Part shown: positions 41,995-56,439 of the stretch, piece after piece
Layout of the letters: each line of letters begins with the position of its first letter
Numbering within the stretch: the first letter of the stretch is position 1
Assembly (NCBI GenBank): GCA_028534125.1
Contig: CM052816.1
Location: 40,674,001 to 40,738,000, forward strand
DNA: 64,000 bases
Origin: Lama glama
Lineage: Eukaryota
Direction: 5' to 3'
Program-made: the position numbers and the translations under genes
The notes under the pieces: generated by a model
Told to the model about the DNA's origin: nothing
The model's input: the letters and a program-made list of their open reading frames with translations, nothing else
Database searches by the model: none

Positions 41995-42205
41995 GTAGTT
42001 CTCATTCGGTATCTGCAGAGGATTGGTTCCAGGACATCCACGGATACCAAAACCCACAGATGCTCTAGTGCCTCATGTAAGAGGGCATGGTACTGTCAGC
42101 TCTCTGTATCCTCGGGTTCCACATCCTCAGAGTCACCCAACCCCATTCCACCTGCAGGTGGTTGAATCCATGGATGCGGAACCTTGGTCCTGGAGGGCTG
42201 ACAGT
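41995..42205. mobile_element. MER2-like TcMar-Tigger MITE
   Basis: cggtatctgcagaggattggttccaggac...ggttgaatccatggatgcggaacc...ggagggctgacagta. Confidence 0.8.
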
Positions 42206-44139
42206 ATTTGGAATGAAGTGTCAAGACAGCGACTATGTGAAATCTTCCTTCAGGCAAGATTGGTTTAGAGGTAGCTGGTGTCTCACTTCTGATTAAACTA
42301 GGAAATGTCCAGAACAATATGAATTTTTAGGATATATCTGTTGAAAAAGTAATGGCTTGATGGAAGGAGAAAATAGATATCTCTAAGCATATTATCTGGT
42401 TTGGCAAAGGGCTTGGAAGTGGGAAAAATTATCTAGATGGGTATTTGAACAAGTATATTTGCTAAAATTTGAAAGGCTGGACAAGACAGGTGGGATCACA
42501 GCAGTCCTTTGGTCGAGAGCTCTGCAATAAGCAATTGTGAATATCTCAGTACCTTGTTTTCTTTAGAAAAATAGCTGTGTTTTCTAAGTATCTTAGGATC
42601 TACCTTACTGATACTTATATAGAGGACTTTTAATCTGAAATTGTTCTGAAAATTCACAAATCTTTAAAAGTGACTTGTAAGTTGAAGTGGCAGAGTTTTA
42701 ATATAGAGGAAAAGTTATAATACAAAAATTTCTACAATGTGTGTCTATGTTGCCTGTTAGCACTGTCTGAGTACCTTTTAGCTAGGGGTACCTGACAGAA
42801 TAACCTTTAGTGTTTTCATTATAATGCTACTTTGTTTGTGCAACTTAATAACTTATGAAAATAGGAGGGAGCTATACTGGATTCTTAATCATATGGACAA
42901 ATTCTTTTAGTGAAAATTGCAAACGTGTATATCTACTCGGATTATTTTAACGGGTATACATGTTACCTATGATGGTGATCACAGTATCTCTTGCCGTCAG
43001 CCTGTTTCTCTTAATGTTAAAACATGTCCACCTTCTTTTGTGCCTGGACTTTAGTTAGCAATGGAATTCTAGTCTTTCTACAGATTTGCTTTGGTAGAAT
43101 CTACAGAATATGTTTGTTCATCACATCTATTGATGTGAACATTGAGCAAGCTGTGGCTCTGAACAAAATGTGGGAATTTTAAAATCCAGGCATGAGTTAA
43201 GCTGCAGATTGCCTGATCTAAGGTTGCCTGACTCAGCTAAGGGCCCAAAAAACAAGAGATGAGACCATTGGATGGAAAATTAGATGGAACCTTTATGTTG
43301 AGAAAGCTGGTTCTGCTGATCTCTCCTGATAATTCCTAATGCTTTTTAAACATGAAATGACTGAAACAAGTTAAAGTATTTGAAATGCTGTTTCATTGTT
43401 GAAATAGGTGTAGCCTCTGTAAGCTTTTCTGAAAACACCCTTTTGAGTTCATGAAATCAATAAATTAAGTTCCTGTGAAAGTACTGGGCCATGGTTTCCC
43501 TGTTTTTGCATATTTGGTCTAGAAGAGGTAACTACTAAGCAGTATCTTACTCAAGGCTATAAAGACATGATATAAAAATTCACATGATGTGTATGTTGTG
43601 TATTAAATTTGGTAGTGACTGCTTGACTGTTTTCAAAATAGTTTCTCTTAAGGCTAATCGTAGGGCTATCTAATACCTGAAAAATACTGCTTTATATTTT
43701 CCCTATTTTTTTTAGTTGTGTAAAGTGGGGAGGATAAATCTGGCTGCTGTTACTCCATCATGTCCAGATGTAGACGTTCCATTATAGAGTTTGTAATGCT
43801 GATACATGAATATTCCCAGATTTATTTCTCTAGACTTGGTCATATATATAACTGTGCCATAATTTCTTAATAAGCTCTAATGAGCTTTTCACTCTAATGG
43901 TAGTGTGAATTCTTTTGAAGTTCTACCTACCAACATAAATGCAAATTAAAAGATTAAGGATTTATAAGCATATGTAAAGATCTTTTAAGGTCATGTAAGA
44001 AAGAAAAGCACTTCGCACTTTAACATTGGTCAGCAAGGTTCAGAAACTGGATTCCTAAACACATTTGAATTTTCTAAACCTCCTGAGATTAAAAAATGAG
44101 GTTTAAAATTTTGCTTGACCAAGCATTCACATTCTCATA

Positions 44140-44640
44140 TTACATATATATATGTCACATATATATATAATCATGTTATATATGTGTGTATATGTATAGT
44201 TGATCTACAATGTTGTGTTAGTTTTAGGTATATAGCAAAGTGATTCAGTTTTATTTTCAGATTCTTTTTTCAGATTCTTTTCCATTGTAGTTAGGATATT
44301 ACAAGATACTGAATATAGTTCCCTGTGCTATACAGTAAGTCCTTGTTTATCTGTATTATATTTAGTAGTATGTTTATGTTAATCCCAAACTCCTAACTTA
44401 TTCCTCCCAACTCCTTTCCCCTTTGGTATCCATAGTTTGTTTCCTTTGTCTGTGAATCTGTTATCAGTTTATAAATAAGTTCATTTGCATATTTTTTTTT
44501 TAGATTCCACATGTAAGTGATATCATATGATATTTATCTTTCTCTGTCTGACTTACTTCACTTAATATGACAATCTCCAGGCCCATCCTTTTGCTATAAA
44601 TGGCATTATTTCATTCTTTTTTATGGCTGAGTAGTATTCC

Positions 44641-44735
<95 letters not shown>

Positions 44736-44760
44736 CACATCTTCTTTATCCAGTCTTCTG
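44140..44760 (-). mobile_element. L1 3' end with internal (TG)n(TA)n(CA)n microsatellite at 44643-44735
   Basis: atagttccctgtgctatacag, tagattccacatgtaagtgatatcata, ggctgagtagtattccattgtgtg. Confidence 0.9.
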
Positions 44761-44829
44761 TTATTTTTATCCATTCTTTCTTCTTGAGTTTTGAATCATG
44801 TCTGGCAAGAGTTCTCTATATATGTAGAA

Positions 44830-45100
44830 TAATAATGATAGAAGCAAATACTTTATTTTGTATTCACCATTGTCTGGGCACATTGTTCTAAGTATGTAGA
44901 CTTATATACACATGACCCCAAAGGAAGGTAACCTTATTGTTCCCATTTTACAGATCAGAAAACAGATGTTTAACTGGAGGAGGGGATGGGTTCTACAATT
45001 TCCATACTGCATAGTGTCGCTCAGCTAGTAAGTGGCAAAACCATGATTCAAAATCAGGCATGTTTGCCTACAAAATCCTTTATTTCGCCACTGTTGCATG
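44830..45100 (-). mobile_element. MIR
   Basis: cccattttacagatcagaaaacaga...cagctagtaagtggcaaaaccatgattcaaa. Confidence 0.8.
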
Positions 45101-47639
45101 CTGCCTCTCATGTGCAAAGTCTTTTTCAAATTAAAAAGCTAAGTCATAGTTACTGCAAACAGAAACTAATGTTCTTCAAGTAGTAGGATACAGCAAACAG
45201 TAGTAGCAGGAAATATTTCAGAAAAGTTCAGTTAAAGGTATTAAAATATAGAGTATTTTCTTTCTGTAAGCTCTCTTTAGTTGTCATATCGCATTTTTAT
45301 ATTTAATGTCATTCTAAGTAAAGAAAACTTTAAATCTTAAGATGCTATCATTAATTTTTAGCATCCATCTTTATATTATGCAGTGACAGTTTCAGTGCAA
45401 ATAAAAAAACATTTAATTTGGATGTAGAATCACTAAAATTATATAATTTTTAGCTCATATGTATATGTACTTCATTGTTACTGTCAAAATGGACCTGCAC
45501 AAAATAACATGGCTTTTTATTTCACTTTTGATACAAGTTAGCATTTTTTTCACACTCTCCCTTTAGTTTACTGATGAGTAAGGAAGAACTGAAAGAAAAA
45601 GTAACTCTGAGTTGCCCAATCTCTGTCTTTCATTCTGTAACATCATTTTTCAGTCTTTGTGGTTATTTAGATAATACAGGGAAGTAACAAGTAAGAAAGA
45701 ATATAAGTTCCCTGGGCTATTTGGGTTTCTGAGAATGCCTTTGCCGTCTTTCTGTGTTTAAAGTAAGTGCTGGTTTAAACAGAAAGCATGGCCTCTTGAG
45801 GCTGTCAGTGTCTCTGCTGGCTCACTTGTAGAGAGAACATACTTCCTCCGTTCTTGTTTTGATCTCCCTGAACCGCACACATCGCTGTTGCATCACAATC
45901 GTGTTCATTCTTGTAGGGCATTGGGGATGTTATATGTGAGCGGGCTAGCAAGGACTAGTAGTCAGACGTGCTATACAAATCCCCGCTTACACAGTTGTTC
46001 CCTTTTCTCAGCTGATTTCGTTTTCAAAAACACTTTCAAACATAACATTATCAATTGTTTCAAGAGGTGACAGCAGAGAATTAAAATGAATGTGAATCCT
46101 TATGAATCTGAGTCCTGCCGGGCTGCACCAATCATGCCCATAAAGTTGGCCCAGATACTCTTGTTTACTAGTTTCATTTAACTTTCTTAGTTCTAGCACA
46201 TTGTACCTCTTATAATTTTTATATAACTTTCTAATCATGGTATACACATAGACTTGTACATTAAATTATTAATAATGCTTATACTTTGAGGCGTTAGAGA
46301 TACCAGGATCTTTATGTGTATATGTAGGATCATATACACCACCCATACACATACACATATGCACACACACACCACAGGAGTGCATCATACAGATAGGAAT
46401 TGGATCATTTGCTTATTGTGGTTGATGAGTGGGTTAAACCCACTTCCAAAATGCTTTGTTATGTAGTCTCAAAAGCAGGTTTTAAACACCAGCAACAACA
46501 AAGGAAGTACTGTCCCCAGTGCTTCAAACTAATCTGGACATTTAAGTCAGGTGATATTTATTTGAAAAACACATATACATCATTAAGATCCAGCTTACAT
46601 ACAGCCTGAAGGAGGTTTATTCTGCTTGTCTTATTTGGGTACTTTTTTTCTGGCATAATAGATACTTGACCAAAGTCAAGTACACAATTTATGGCAAAAT
46701 ATTTTATTATTCATTTGTGTCTTTCTAAATTAAGCTGTATACTAAATGAGGCAGGTTCTGCTTCTTATTTATGGTTCAATTGGCAGAACCCAATGTGCTT
46801 CCTATCCCTAATATGTGATCAGTACAACTGAATATCATATCAATGAGTTTGCTAAAAGTAAACCCTAATTTTTAGATTTTTAAAATAAATACTATGGTAG
46901 ATATGTTCATATTCAACTGTGTGTGGTTGAGTTTCAAGAAGTGTTAACTAAGAATTTTGGAGAAAACACAGCAGCCAACGAGTACTCAGAACATTTCTGC
47001 TTTGTTGGAAAGAGGCAGAGTTAGACATCTGTACCTCCTCAGGCCAACGTAAGGAAACATCTGTGAAGCACATATTAAATTGTTTTCTAGGGGAACCAAC
47101 CAACAAACAAAATCCACCGTATTTTCAGCCAGAGTGAAATAGTGTAGAGCCAGAAGGGAAAACAAAATATATTTACAGAGTCAGAGAATTCCAGAAGTGG
47201 AGTTGTGATTTATTGGTCTGTTCTCACCCCTGATACCATGATGATCTCATCTGGCTACCAGAATTTACCAAAGTGCGTCGCTTAACAGGATACAAGTGCA
47301 GATTGGACTATTCAGCAGAATTGCAAAGTTTGCCAGTTTTCAGCTTAAACTTTAATCAGTTAAATGAACACAATTTTGAATAGAAAAATCCAAAAGTATG
47401 TAAAATCTACTGTCAGAAAGGACTATGAAAAATTTCTTTTTTTAACCTGTCACCAAAAACTTGGCCACCTCTATTGTGACAAGGAGGATGAGAGGAGCAA
47501 AGGCAACATTGAAGAAAGAAGTGGGGTAGATGGTACTTGATGGCATCTCATTGCTTTTTGATCTTTACCTTCTATATGACTTATTTTAAGCAAATTCCAC
47601 CCCTGCTGTAACCACCATAATCCTCTCTGTTCTACTTTT

Positions 47640-49950
47640 GTTTTAAATAAAGTTGTAACAAATGCTTTGTTTGGAATAATTGTAGTTTTAGAGAAATACT
47701 GTAAAAATAGGACAAAGAATTAATTCCTGTATACTTTTCACCTAAGAGTCTCCTAACGTAAACAAAGCCATGGTACATTTGTCAAAACTAAGAGATTAAC
47801 ATTGTTATGTTACTGTTGCCTAAATTACAGAATTCGTACTTCACTAATTTCAACTAATGTCATTTTTCTGTTCTAGGATCTAGTCCAGGATAACACATGG
47901 CATGTAGTCATCATATGTCCTTAGTCTCTTGTGACATGTGACAGTTTTGTTTTTTTTTTTTCATGCTTGTTTTTGATGACTTGGAGAGTTTTAAGGAGTG
48001 TACTGGTCAGATATTCAATTTGGGTTTTTCTAATGTTTTTTACGTGATTAGGCTGGAGGTATATGGAGTTTTGGAAAAAATTCCATAGAGGGAAATTGTG
48101 CTTCTTATTTCATTATGTCAGAAGATGAGTGGTATCAGTGTGACTTATTACAGTAACATTAATTTTGACCACTTGTTTGAGCCCTTCCAGGTTTCTCTGC
48201 TGTAAAGTTTCTGTTTTTGCTTATATACACTATATTCTGTGGAAGCAAGTCACTAAACCCAGACAGTATTAAAGGGGAGGAGGATTAAGCTCGCCTAGAA
48301 TGTAATTTTCTTCAAAAGGTGGTTTTTCTGTAAGAAAGATTTGTCATTTACGCTCTGTTTACTTATTCAATAATTTATGTAAGTATAAAATTATATACAT
48401 CTATTTTATACTTTGGGCTATAATCTAGTATTCCATTATTTTTTTGCTCAACTTCTTCTGCTTTGGCCATTGAGAGTTCTTTCAGTTTGGCTCCTGTTTC
48501 CCTATGCCATGCCCCCAGCTTTCTTTGGCACCACAAAATGTTGTGGGTCTTATCTTAGATTTGTCTGGCTCAAGTCCAGGAATCAGCCATGTTCTAAAGA
48601 CTTTCATGCCTTTTCTTGAAGGATGGTTTTAGAAACTCAGATCTGGGCTCTAGGTGTGGTTGACACTCCTGGGTTATCACTGCTTCTGGGCTCTCTCAAC
48701 TGGCAGTGCTAACAGTCTATGTATAGATCCTAACCCATGTATATACACACATCTATAACGATCTCTGTATCTCTGTGTATATTAAAATAAACATGACTTT
48801 ATACTGCTCTCTCAGGTTCTAATCTAGCACCAAGGGGTTCATTGTGGCTTATTTGTAACTTCCTTATCTGAGAGTGAGACACCTATCTCTCATTAGCTAC
48901 AATTTATTTTGTTCCATCTTAACATACTCGTAACAGTTTTAGAATTGATAATCCATATCCCTGGGAGAAGTAAGGTTATGAAATAGAGTAATGTTTATGT
49001 ACAGTTATTTTTGTGGTTCGTTGTATAGTTTCCTCTCCAAACACCATCCTGCAAAATTATTTAGGTCAGCTCTTTTTTTCTCCATCACCTTCAGTGAGGT
49101 TGTCATACATTTGCAATACAATTATATTCATATTCCCTAGTATGCATTCCATTCTTAAACTCTCAAATCTACTTGATCTTGGTTTTTATTTGCATATGTT
49201 AAATTGCACTCTTTGTGATAGACAGTTTATAATGGTTTTGATAAATGCATACTGTCAAATATCTACAACTCCAGTAACATACAGAACAGTTATATCACCC
49301 TGCAGTTTTCTCTGCACAATCCATTCATAGTCACCACTGCATCCCCTATCCCCAAACATTGGCAACCACTGATCTATTTTTTTGTCTATACAGTTGTCTT
49401 TTCCTCTTGTGATTTTATCTATGTTGTTGCACCAATCAGCAGTTTTTCCCTGTTTACTGTCTAGTAGCATTCCCCCATGTGGTTGTTGAGTGTGTTTATT
49501 CATTTACCTGTTAAAGGGCATCCTAGTTGTTTGCAGTTTTGAACTAAGGAATAAAGCTTCTTTAAGCTGTAAACATTCATGTACAGTTTTTTGTGTGAAC
49601 TTGCATTTTTTTCATTTACGTGGATAAATATCAAATAGTAGGATTGTTAAGTTGAATAGTATGTAATACTGTATAATACTATATAATTATGATAGTTTAT
49701 AAGAAACTTCTACACTATTGCCAAAGCGAATGTACTGTCATGAATGACCCGTGTCAGCATTAGCGTTGTCAGTGTTTTGCGTTTAGCCATTGTAATAGGT
49801 GCATAGTGGTATCTTGTTTTGGTTTTAATTTCCACTTTCCTAATGACAGATAGTGTTGGGCACTTTTTAATATATGCTTATTTGCAATCCACATAGTTTC
49901 ATCTTGAAATGACTATCTTTTGCATATTTTCAGTGGTTTTCTCAGTATTG
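47640..49950 (-). mobile_element. L1MC/MD-like long 3' UTR and ORF2 end
   Basis: catggtacatttgtcaaaactaagagattaacattg, ttctaggatctagtccaggataacaca, ggcaaccactgatct, ttagccattgtaataggtgcatagtggtatct. Confidence 0.8.
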
Positions 49951-50460
49951 AGTTTTACTCCATTTTACTTTTGGCTATAATATTCCCTCCCCAAAAAAAG
50001 TTTGTTTGTTTTTTTTTTTAAGTATCAGAGTGGATTGAGATGACAAGATTTATGGGAAAGTGCAATGCAAATTTCCTCCCTTTTTCTTTGACTCAATAAT
50101 CTTTTAACCAATGCAGTATTTTAGCCTTTTAAAAAAAATTTTCCCGTGCCCCCTTTTCTACCAAGTGTTGTCTTCTGCAGATCTGATTATTTTTTTCCAT
50201 CCTCTCTTGAAACACTACCATATATATGAAACCCAGATTTGTTAGTTAAAAAGTAAGGAAATTAAACTAGATCACCTGTAAGATCTTTTCTAACCAGAAC
50301 TTTATTATTCTGTGACAACCTTCATCGTTTTTGAGAGGGTATAGATGTAGTCTGTATCTTCTTTCTGAATTCCTTATTAAAGGGAAAGAATGCCCTCTCA
50401 CCTCTATATTATATATGAGAGATACATAGCTCATGTATGTATGTGTGTATGGGTATGTGT

Positions 50461-50492
<32 letters not shown>

Positions 50493-50849
50493 CACACATA
50501 ATATATGCACATATGCATATATTTTTCTGTCAAAAAATTTTAAAAACCCTTGAGAGGAGAGTTTAGACTTTAAAATTTTAATTATTTATACATAGTCAAT
50601 TATTACTCACAGGTAATTAATGAAGGAGAAACTAGATACTATGATTTGACTTAGAATCAAAGCAAAATTGATGTGTTTTTAAGTTTTTCTAAAATATAGT
50701 TACATTTCAGTAGAAGCAATTTACTTCTCTTTTGGTTTGTCAGTTGAGAGAAAAGGAACATGCCCAAAGGAATACACTTCTAATGTAGCAATACAAATTT
50801 TTCAACAATGTTCATCTAAATAGTGTCCAGTTTGTAAACCAAGAAAAAG

Positions 50850-51325
50850 GGCTATGTGTATAGCAGCACTATTCACAGTAGCCAAGATGTGGAAATAAAC
50901 TCAATGTACATTAACAGGGGCTAGATAAAGAAAATGTGGTGTATACACATTCCGTGGAAAATTATTCCACCTTAAAAAGGAGTGGAAATCTGCAATGTGT
51001 GAAAATGGATGAACCTTGAGGACAGTATGCTAAGTGAAATAAGCCAATAATAGAAAGGCAAATACTGCATGATTCTACTTATACGGGAGTGTCTAGGATA
51101 GCTGAATTTATAGAATCAGAGAGTAGAATGGTTGTTGCTGGTGGCTGGGAAGTGGGGAGAATGGGAAGGTACTAATTAATGGGCATCAAATTTCAGTTAA
51201 GCAAGATGAATCCGTTCTTGGGATCCGTTGTACAGAATTATACCTCTAGTCAACAATGGTACATTTAAAATTTTGTAAAGAGGGTAAACCTCAAGTGTTC
51301 TTACCAAATTAAAATTAATGAAAGA
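50850..51325 (+). mobile_element. L1MA9/L1MB-like 3' end
   Basis: gcagcactattcacagtagccaagatgtggaaa, atggatgaaccttgaggaca, tgctaagtgaaataagcca. Confidence 0.85.
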
Positions 51326-53096
51326 AATACAAGATTCTGGATATAGGAATAAAATTACAGAAGTAGATAGAATTATTTGGTCCTTTATTTTGGTGCATTT
51401 TATTAGGTAACTGTCATACACACAACATTTAGGAATATGCTCAGTTATTTATAAACCCGTAATTTCCAAAATTTGAATATGTTTATCATTATTTTCTCAA
51501 GGGTCTTGTTTAAATTCCTCTGTCACTTATTCAAAATATGTATCACAATAATATTCCATGCTAGTTGTGAAGCCTTTTCCAAGTTTACGACAGAAAAGAA
51601 GTCTACGAGAATATATGAGTAGAAAAGTTATAATGTTGTCATTTGGCCTCATTTGGCATTTGTCTGTCTGTAGAGGTGAACAGAATTAGACAAAGGTGAG
51701 TTTATGCTACAGTCTTCTCCTCTGGCTTATATTGAAGTCAGATCTAATTCTTCCTTGCCCACAGACGTTTATTAAAAGCTAGACGTAGTTTTAAAACCTG
51801 TTTTATAAGTTTGGTATATCCTCAGCCCTCTGTCATTTTTGAAGACAGCCTTGTGAGAATTTCCAGTGGCCAGATTCAAAGATCTATCAAAATGAGGTGG
51901 AAAAGAATCCTCCAAACAGGGTTATCACATAAGCCAGATGGGATCAGGGGCAATGTATGCAGTCTCCTTTAGAGTTTTATGCCATTCTCATATTGGGGTT
52001 TATACCTACTCTAACTATTTTAACCTATCCTTATTGCTATAATACCATGACTGTTTGAAGTTAACACTCATTTCTAACATTCATTATTTTAATTAACAAA
52101 CCTTGTGATGATAATATGAGATATGAAAGCCGGATCTTTATTTCATAGCAGATTCTTTGGAGGAGGAATTCCTGTAAAAGACCATCAGTGGTCTCTAGTG
52201 GATAGGGACCTAGTGACTCTAATGTGGAAGAATTGAATGATACCAGATGTATTTTGTAAATAGGAGGTAAACTATGTTTCACGATATAGAGACCACATAA
52301 CCTATGGGCAAAAAGAGAATTCTTTCTGAACCTCCTAATGATTTTCCCCAAAATGCACAGACATCTATTTAGTCATCTTAGCTGATAAATTTTATAGCTA
52401 AATGACTTCTTTTTTACCTATTTATTGACTCTCCCATAGAATAACATGTAAACTTCTTAAACATTATAATCAAGGCTAGCATATCATTTTGTATCCACTG
52501 CCATGCAGTGTCTGGACTTTAATTGTCATTCAGTAAGTATGCCATAGATCAGTACTTTTCAGAATCCAATTTACTCTCTTTAAAAATTGTCATCTGGCTC
52601 CTTTCCTATTTTATATTCCTAAGAATACGTAATTGCTAAATATTTGCATTTGGAGTGTGTCCAACATCCCAAATGCAGCTTGTCTGAACCTGGAAATGGG
52701 AAGTCACTTAACATGGCCAGCTGCTCTCCTAGTATCTCTTCCCCTACCACTAATAAAATAATTGATCAACTGAAACAGAAGCTGAAATTTAACAACAGGT
52801 ATGGCCACAGCAGGATGTACCAGCTGAACATCTGCACTGATTTAAGTTATTCTTAATGATGAACAGATAATTACATCTTCACTTTGAATGTATTTGCCTA
52901 TTGGAGGAAGTAGAAATAATGAGTCAACTAGCTCTTTGTATTTTCACAAAGTGGAAAAAAAAACAAAAGATCCTGTTGTGGTCATTGGAATTTTCTGCAA
53001 ACATCAGCTCATTTTGCCATTTGCTTTCCTGACACTATTGTCCTGAATTTCTTTAAAATACTTATGTGCCAAGCATTGCTCTGCATAATTCATATA

Positions 53097-56000
53097 CAGA
53101 CATGCCTTAAAGATACTGTGGGTTCAGTTCCAGACCACCATAGTAAAGGGAATATCATAATAATACAAGTCACACAGATTTTTTAGTTTCCTAGTGCATG
53201 TAAAAGTTATGTAAACACTATACTGTAGTTTATCAAGTATGCAGTAATAGCATTATATCTAAAAAACATTGTACATACCTTAGTTAAAAATACTTTATTG
53301 CTAAAAAGGCTAACCGTCATCTGAGCCTTCAGAAAGTCATAATCTTTTCTGGTGGAGGGTGTTTTTTCAATGTTGATGGCTGCTGACTTATCAGAATGGT
53401 GGTTGCTGAAGTTTGGGTGGCTATGGCAATTTCTAAAATAAGAGAACAGTGAATTTTGCCCCAGTGACTGATTCTTTCATGAACAATTTTTCTGTAGCAT
53501 ACAATGCTGTTTTACAGGGTTTTACCTGCAGTAGAATGTCTTTCAAAATTGAGTCAATCCTCTCAGACTGCTGCTTTATCAACTAAATTTATGTCATATT
53601 CTAAATCCTATTTAGTTTTTTTATGGAAGTATAGTCAGTTACAATGTGTCAATTTCTGGTGTACAGCATTAAGTCCCAGTTATACATATACATACTTACA
53701 TTCACTTTCATATTGTTTTTCATTAAAGGTTATTACAAGATATTGAATATAGTTCCCTGTGCTATACGAAAGAAATTTGTTTTTTAATCTATTTTTATAT
53801 ATATGGTTAACATTTGCAAGTCTTGAACCTCCAAATTTATCCCTTCCCACTCTCTTTTCCCCAGAAACCGTAAGATTGTTTACCATGGACTTTTTGACTG
53901 TTTAGATTCAATTATAGGTTTTATAAGCACTCCTAACTCAGTAAGTCAGACCAGACAGCATTTTATATATAGTTGTTAGCCTTTGCAAATCTCTAACTCC
54001 CAAATTCATCTTTTCCCACCCCCTTTCTTCTGGTAACCATAAGATTGTTTACCATGTCTGTGAGTCTGTTTCTGTTTTGTAGATGAGCTCACTAGTGTCC
54101 TCTTATTTCTTTTTTTAGATTCCACATATGAGTGATAATCATATAATATTTTTCTTTCTCTTTCTGGCTTACTTCACTAAGAATGATGATCTCCAGGTCT
54201 ATCTGGTCCATCCATGTTGCTGCAAATGGCATTATTTTATTCTTTCTTATGGCTGAGTAGTATTCCCTTGTATAAATACACCACAACTTCTTTATCCAGT
54301 CACCTGTCGATGGACATTTAGGTTGTTTCCATGTCTTGGCTATTGTAAATAGTGCTGCTATGAACATTGCGGTGCACATATCTTTGTTGTCATTTCAATC
54401 ATCTTCACAGCAACTTCACTAGGAATAAGTTCCATCTCAAGAAACCATTTTCTTTGCTTATCCATAAGAAGCAACTCCTCATCCATTATCATGAGATTGC
54501 AACAATTCAGTCACATCTTCAGGCTTGATCTCTAATTTTAGGTCTCTTGCTATTTTCATCACATCTGTACTTAGTTCCTACACTGAAGTCTTGAACATGT
54601 GAAAGTCATCTATGAGGGTTGGAATCAACTTCTTTCAAACTCCTGTTAGTGCTGATAGTTTGATGTCTTCCCATGAATCATAAATGGTTCTAATGGCCTC
54701 TAGAATGGTGAATCCTTTCTAGAAGGTTTTCAATTGATTTTGCTCAGACCCATCAGAGAAATCACTGTCTATGGTAGTTCCAGCCTTATGAAATGTTAAA
54801 GAAAAAAACTTGCAATTTAAAATTACTCCTTGAACAATGGGCTGCAGAATGAATGTTGTATTAACAGGCATGAAAACAGCATGACTCTTGGGGTGTATCT
54901 CCCACAGAGCTCTTAGGTGACCTGGTGCACTGTCAGTGAGCAGTAATATTTTGAAAGGAATCTCTTCCTCTGAGCAGCAAGTATCAACAGTGGGTTTAAA
55001 ATATTCAGTAAGGCATGTTACCAATTTATATGCTGTCATTCAGGCTTTGCATTTCCCTTTATAGAGCTCAGGCAGAGTAGATACAGCATAATAATTCTCA
55101 AGGATCCTAAATTTTTCAGAGTGGTCAATAAGCATTGGCTTCAACTTCAAGTCACCAGCTGCATTAGTGCCTAACAAAAGAATCAGCCTGTCCTTTGAAG
55201 TTTTGGAGCCAGGCATTGACTTCTCCTCTCTAGCTGTGGAAGGCCCAGAATGCATCTTCTTCTGATAGAAGGTGATTTTTGTCCACAGTGAAAATCTGTT
55301 GTTTACTGTAACCTTCATTCGTTATCTTAGATCTTCTGGAGAACCTGCTGCAGCTTCTACATTAGCCCTTGCTGCTTCACCTTGAACTCTTATATTCTGG
55401 ATATGGCTTCTTTCCTTGAACCTCATAAACCAACTTCTGCTAGCTTCAGACTTTTCTTTTGAAGCTTCTTCATCTCTCTCACCTTTTAGAGAACAGAACA
55501 GCATTAGGGCCTTGCTCTGGATGAGGCTTTTTCTAGTCTAGTCTTTGGCTTAAGGGAATGTTGTGGCTGATTTGATCTTCTATCCACATCACTGAAAATT
55601 CCTCTCTATCAGCAATAAAGCTGTTTCACTTTCTTATCATTCACGTGTTCACTGGAGCACTTTTAATTCCTTTCAAGAATGTTTCGTTTGCATTCACTGC
55701 TTGGTTAACTGTTTGAAGCAAGAGGCCTAGCTTTCAGCCTGTCTTGGGGTTCAGCATGCCTTCCTCACTCAGCTCAATCATTTTTAGTTTTTGATGTAAT
55801 GTGAAAGACGTGTGACTCTTCCTTTCACTTGAACGTTCAGAGGCCATTGTAGGGTTAACAGGTGGCCCAGTTTCCATATTGTTGTGTCTCAGGGGATAGG
55901 GAGGCCTGAGGAGAGGGAGAAAGATGGGGGAACAGCCAGTCGGCGGAGCAGTCAGAACATGCACCGTATTTATTAAGCTTGCTGTCTTACATGATTGTGG

Positions 56001-56226
56001 CCTGTAGCACCCTAAAGCAATTACAATAGTAGTATCCAAGATGACTGATTACAGATCACTGTAACCACAGATCACCATAACAAATATAATAATAATGACA
56101 AGGTTTGAAACAATTCAAGAATAACCAAAATGGGACAGAGACACAAAGTGAACTACTGCAGGGAAAAATGGTGCCAGTAGACTTGCTGAATGCAGAATTG
56201 CCACAGACCTTCAGTTTGTATGCCCG
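53097..56226 (-). mobile_element. Near-full-length Tigger1 with decayed transposase
   Basis: Termini cagacatgcc and gtatgcccg; TA at left. Transposase fragments MASERSSERKSHTSFTLHQKL (ATG at 55847), [64 protein letters not shown]. Confidence 0.95.
53610..54382 (-). mobile_element. L1 3' end (about 770 bp) nested in Tigger1
   Basis: ORF 54092-54379 MCTAMFIAALFTIAKTWKQPKCPS is the ORF2 end; the insert interrupts Tigger1 at tctaaatcc|tttgttgtcatttc. Confidence 0.9.
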
Positions 56227-56439
56227 TGTATCAACTCAAATCCCTTCACATTTATTGTATGAGTTAAACAAGTACTATTTTAATCCTAGTTTCACGGATG
56301 GAAAGAGTAAGAAAGAGTTGAGATAACTTGCCCAAGGTCACAAAGATGGAAAATAGAGGAATGAGGATCCACATCTCAGTGGTCTGGCTCCAAAGTACAT
56401 ACTTTAAATCACTGTGCCCCTGGCTTCTCCATCATATTT

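Larger units (their letters stand above)
53060..56420 (-). mobile_element. MIR split by Tigger1 (pieces about 53060-53096 and 56227-56420)
   Basis: cttatgtgccaagcattgctct on the left; taacttgcccaaggtcaca...tctggctccaaag on the right. Confidence 0.65.

Noticed and set aside
52061..52351. 96-aa minus-strand ORF as a continuation of the viral L
   Set aside because: Orientation fits, but I recognised no L motif.
54719..56039. TIGD1-like domesticated gene
   Set aside because: Many stops and frameshifts inside an ordinary Tigger1 copy.
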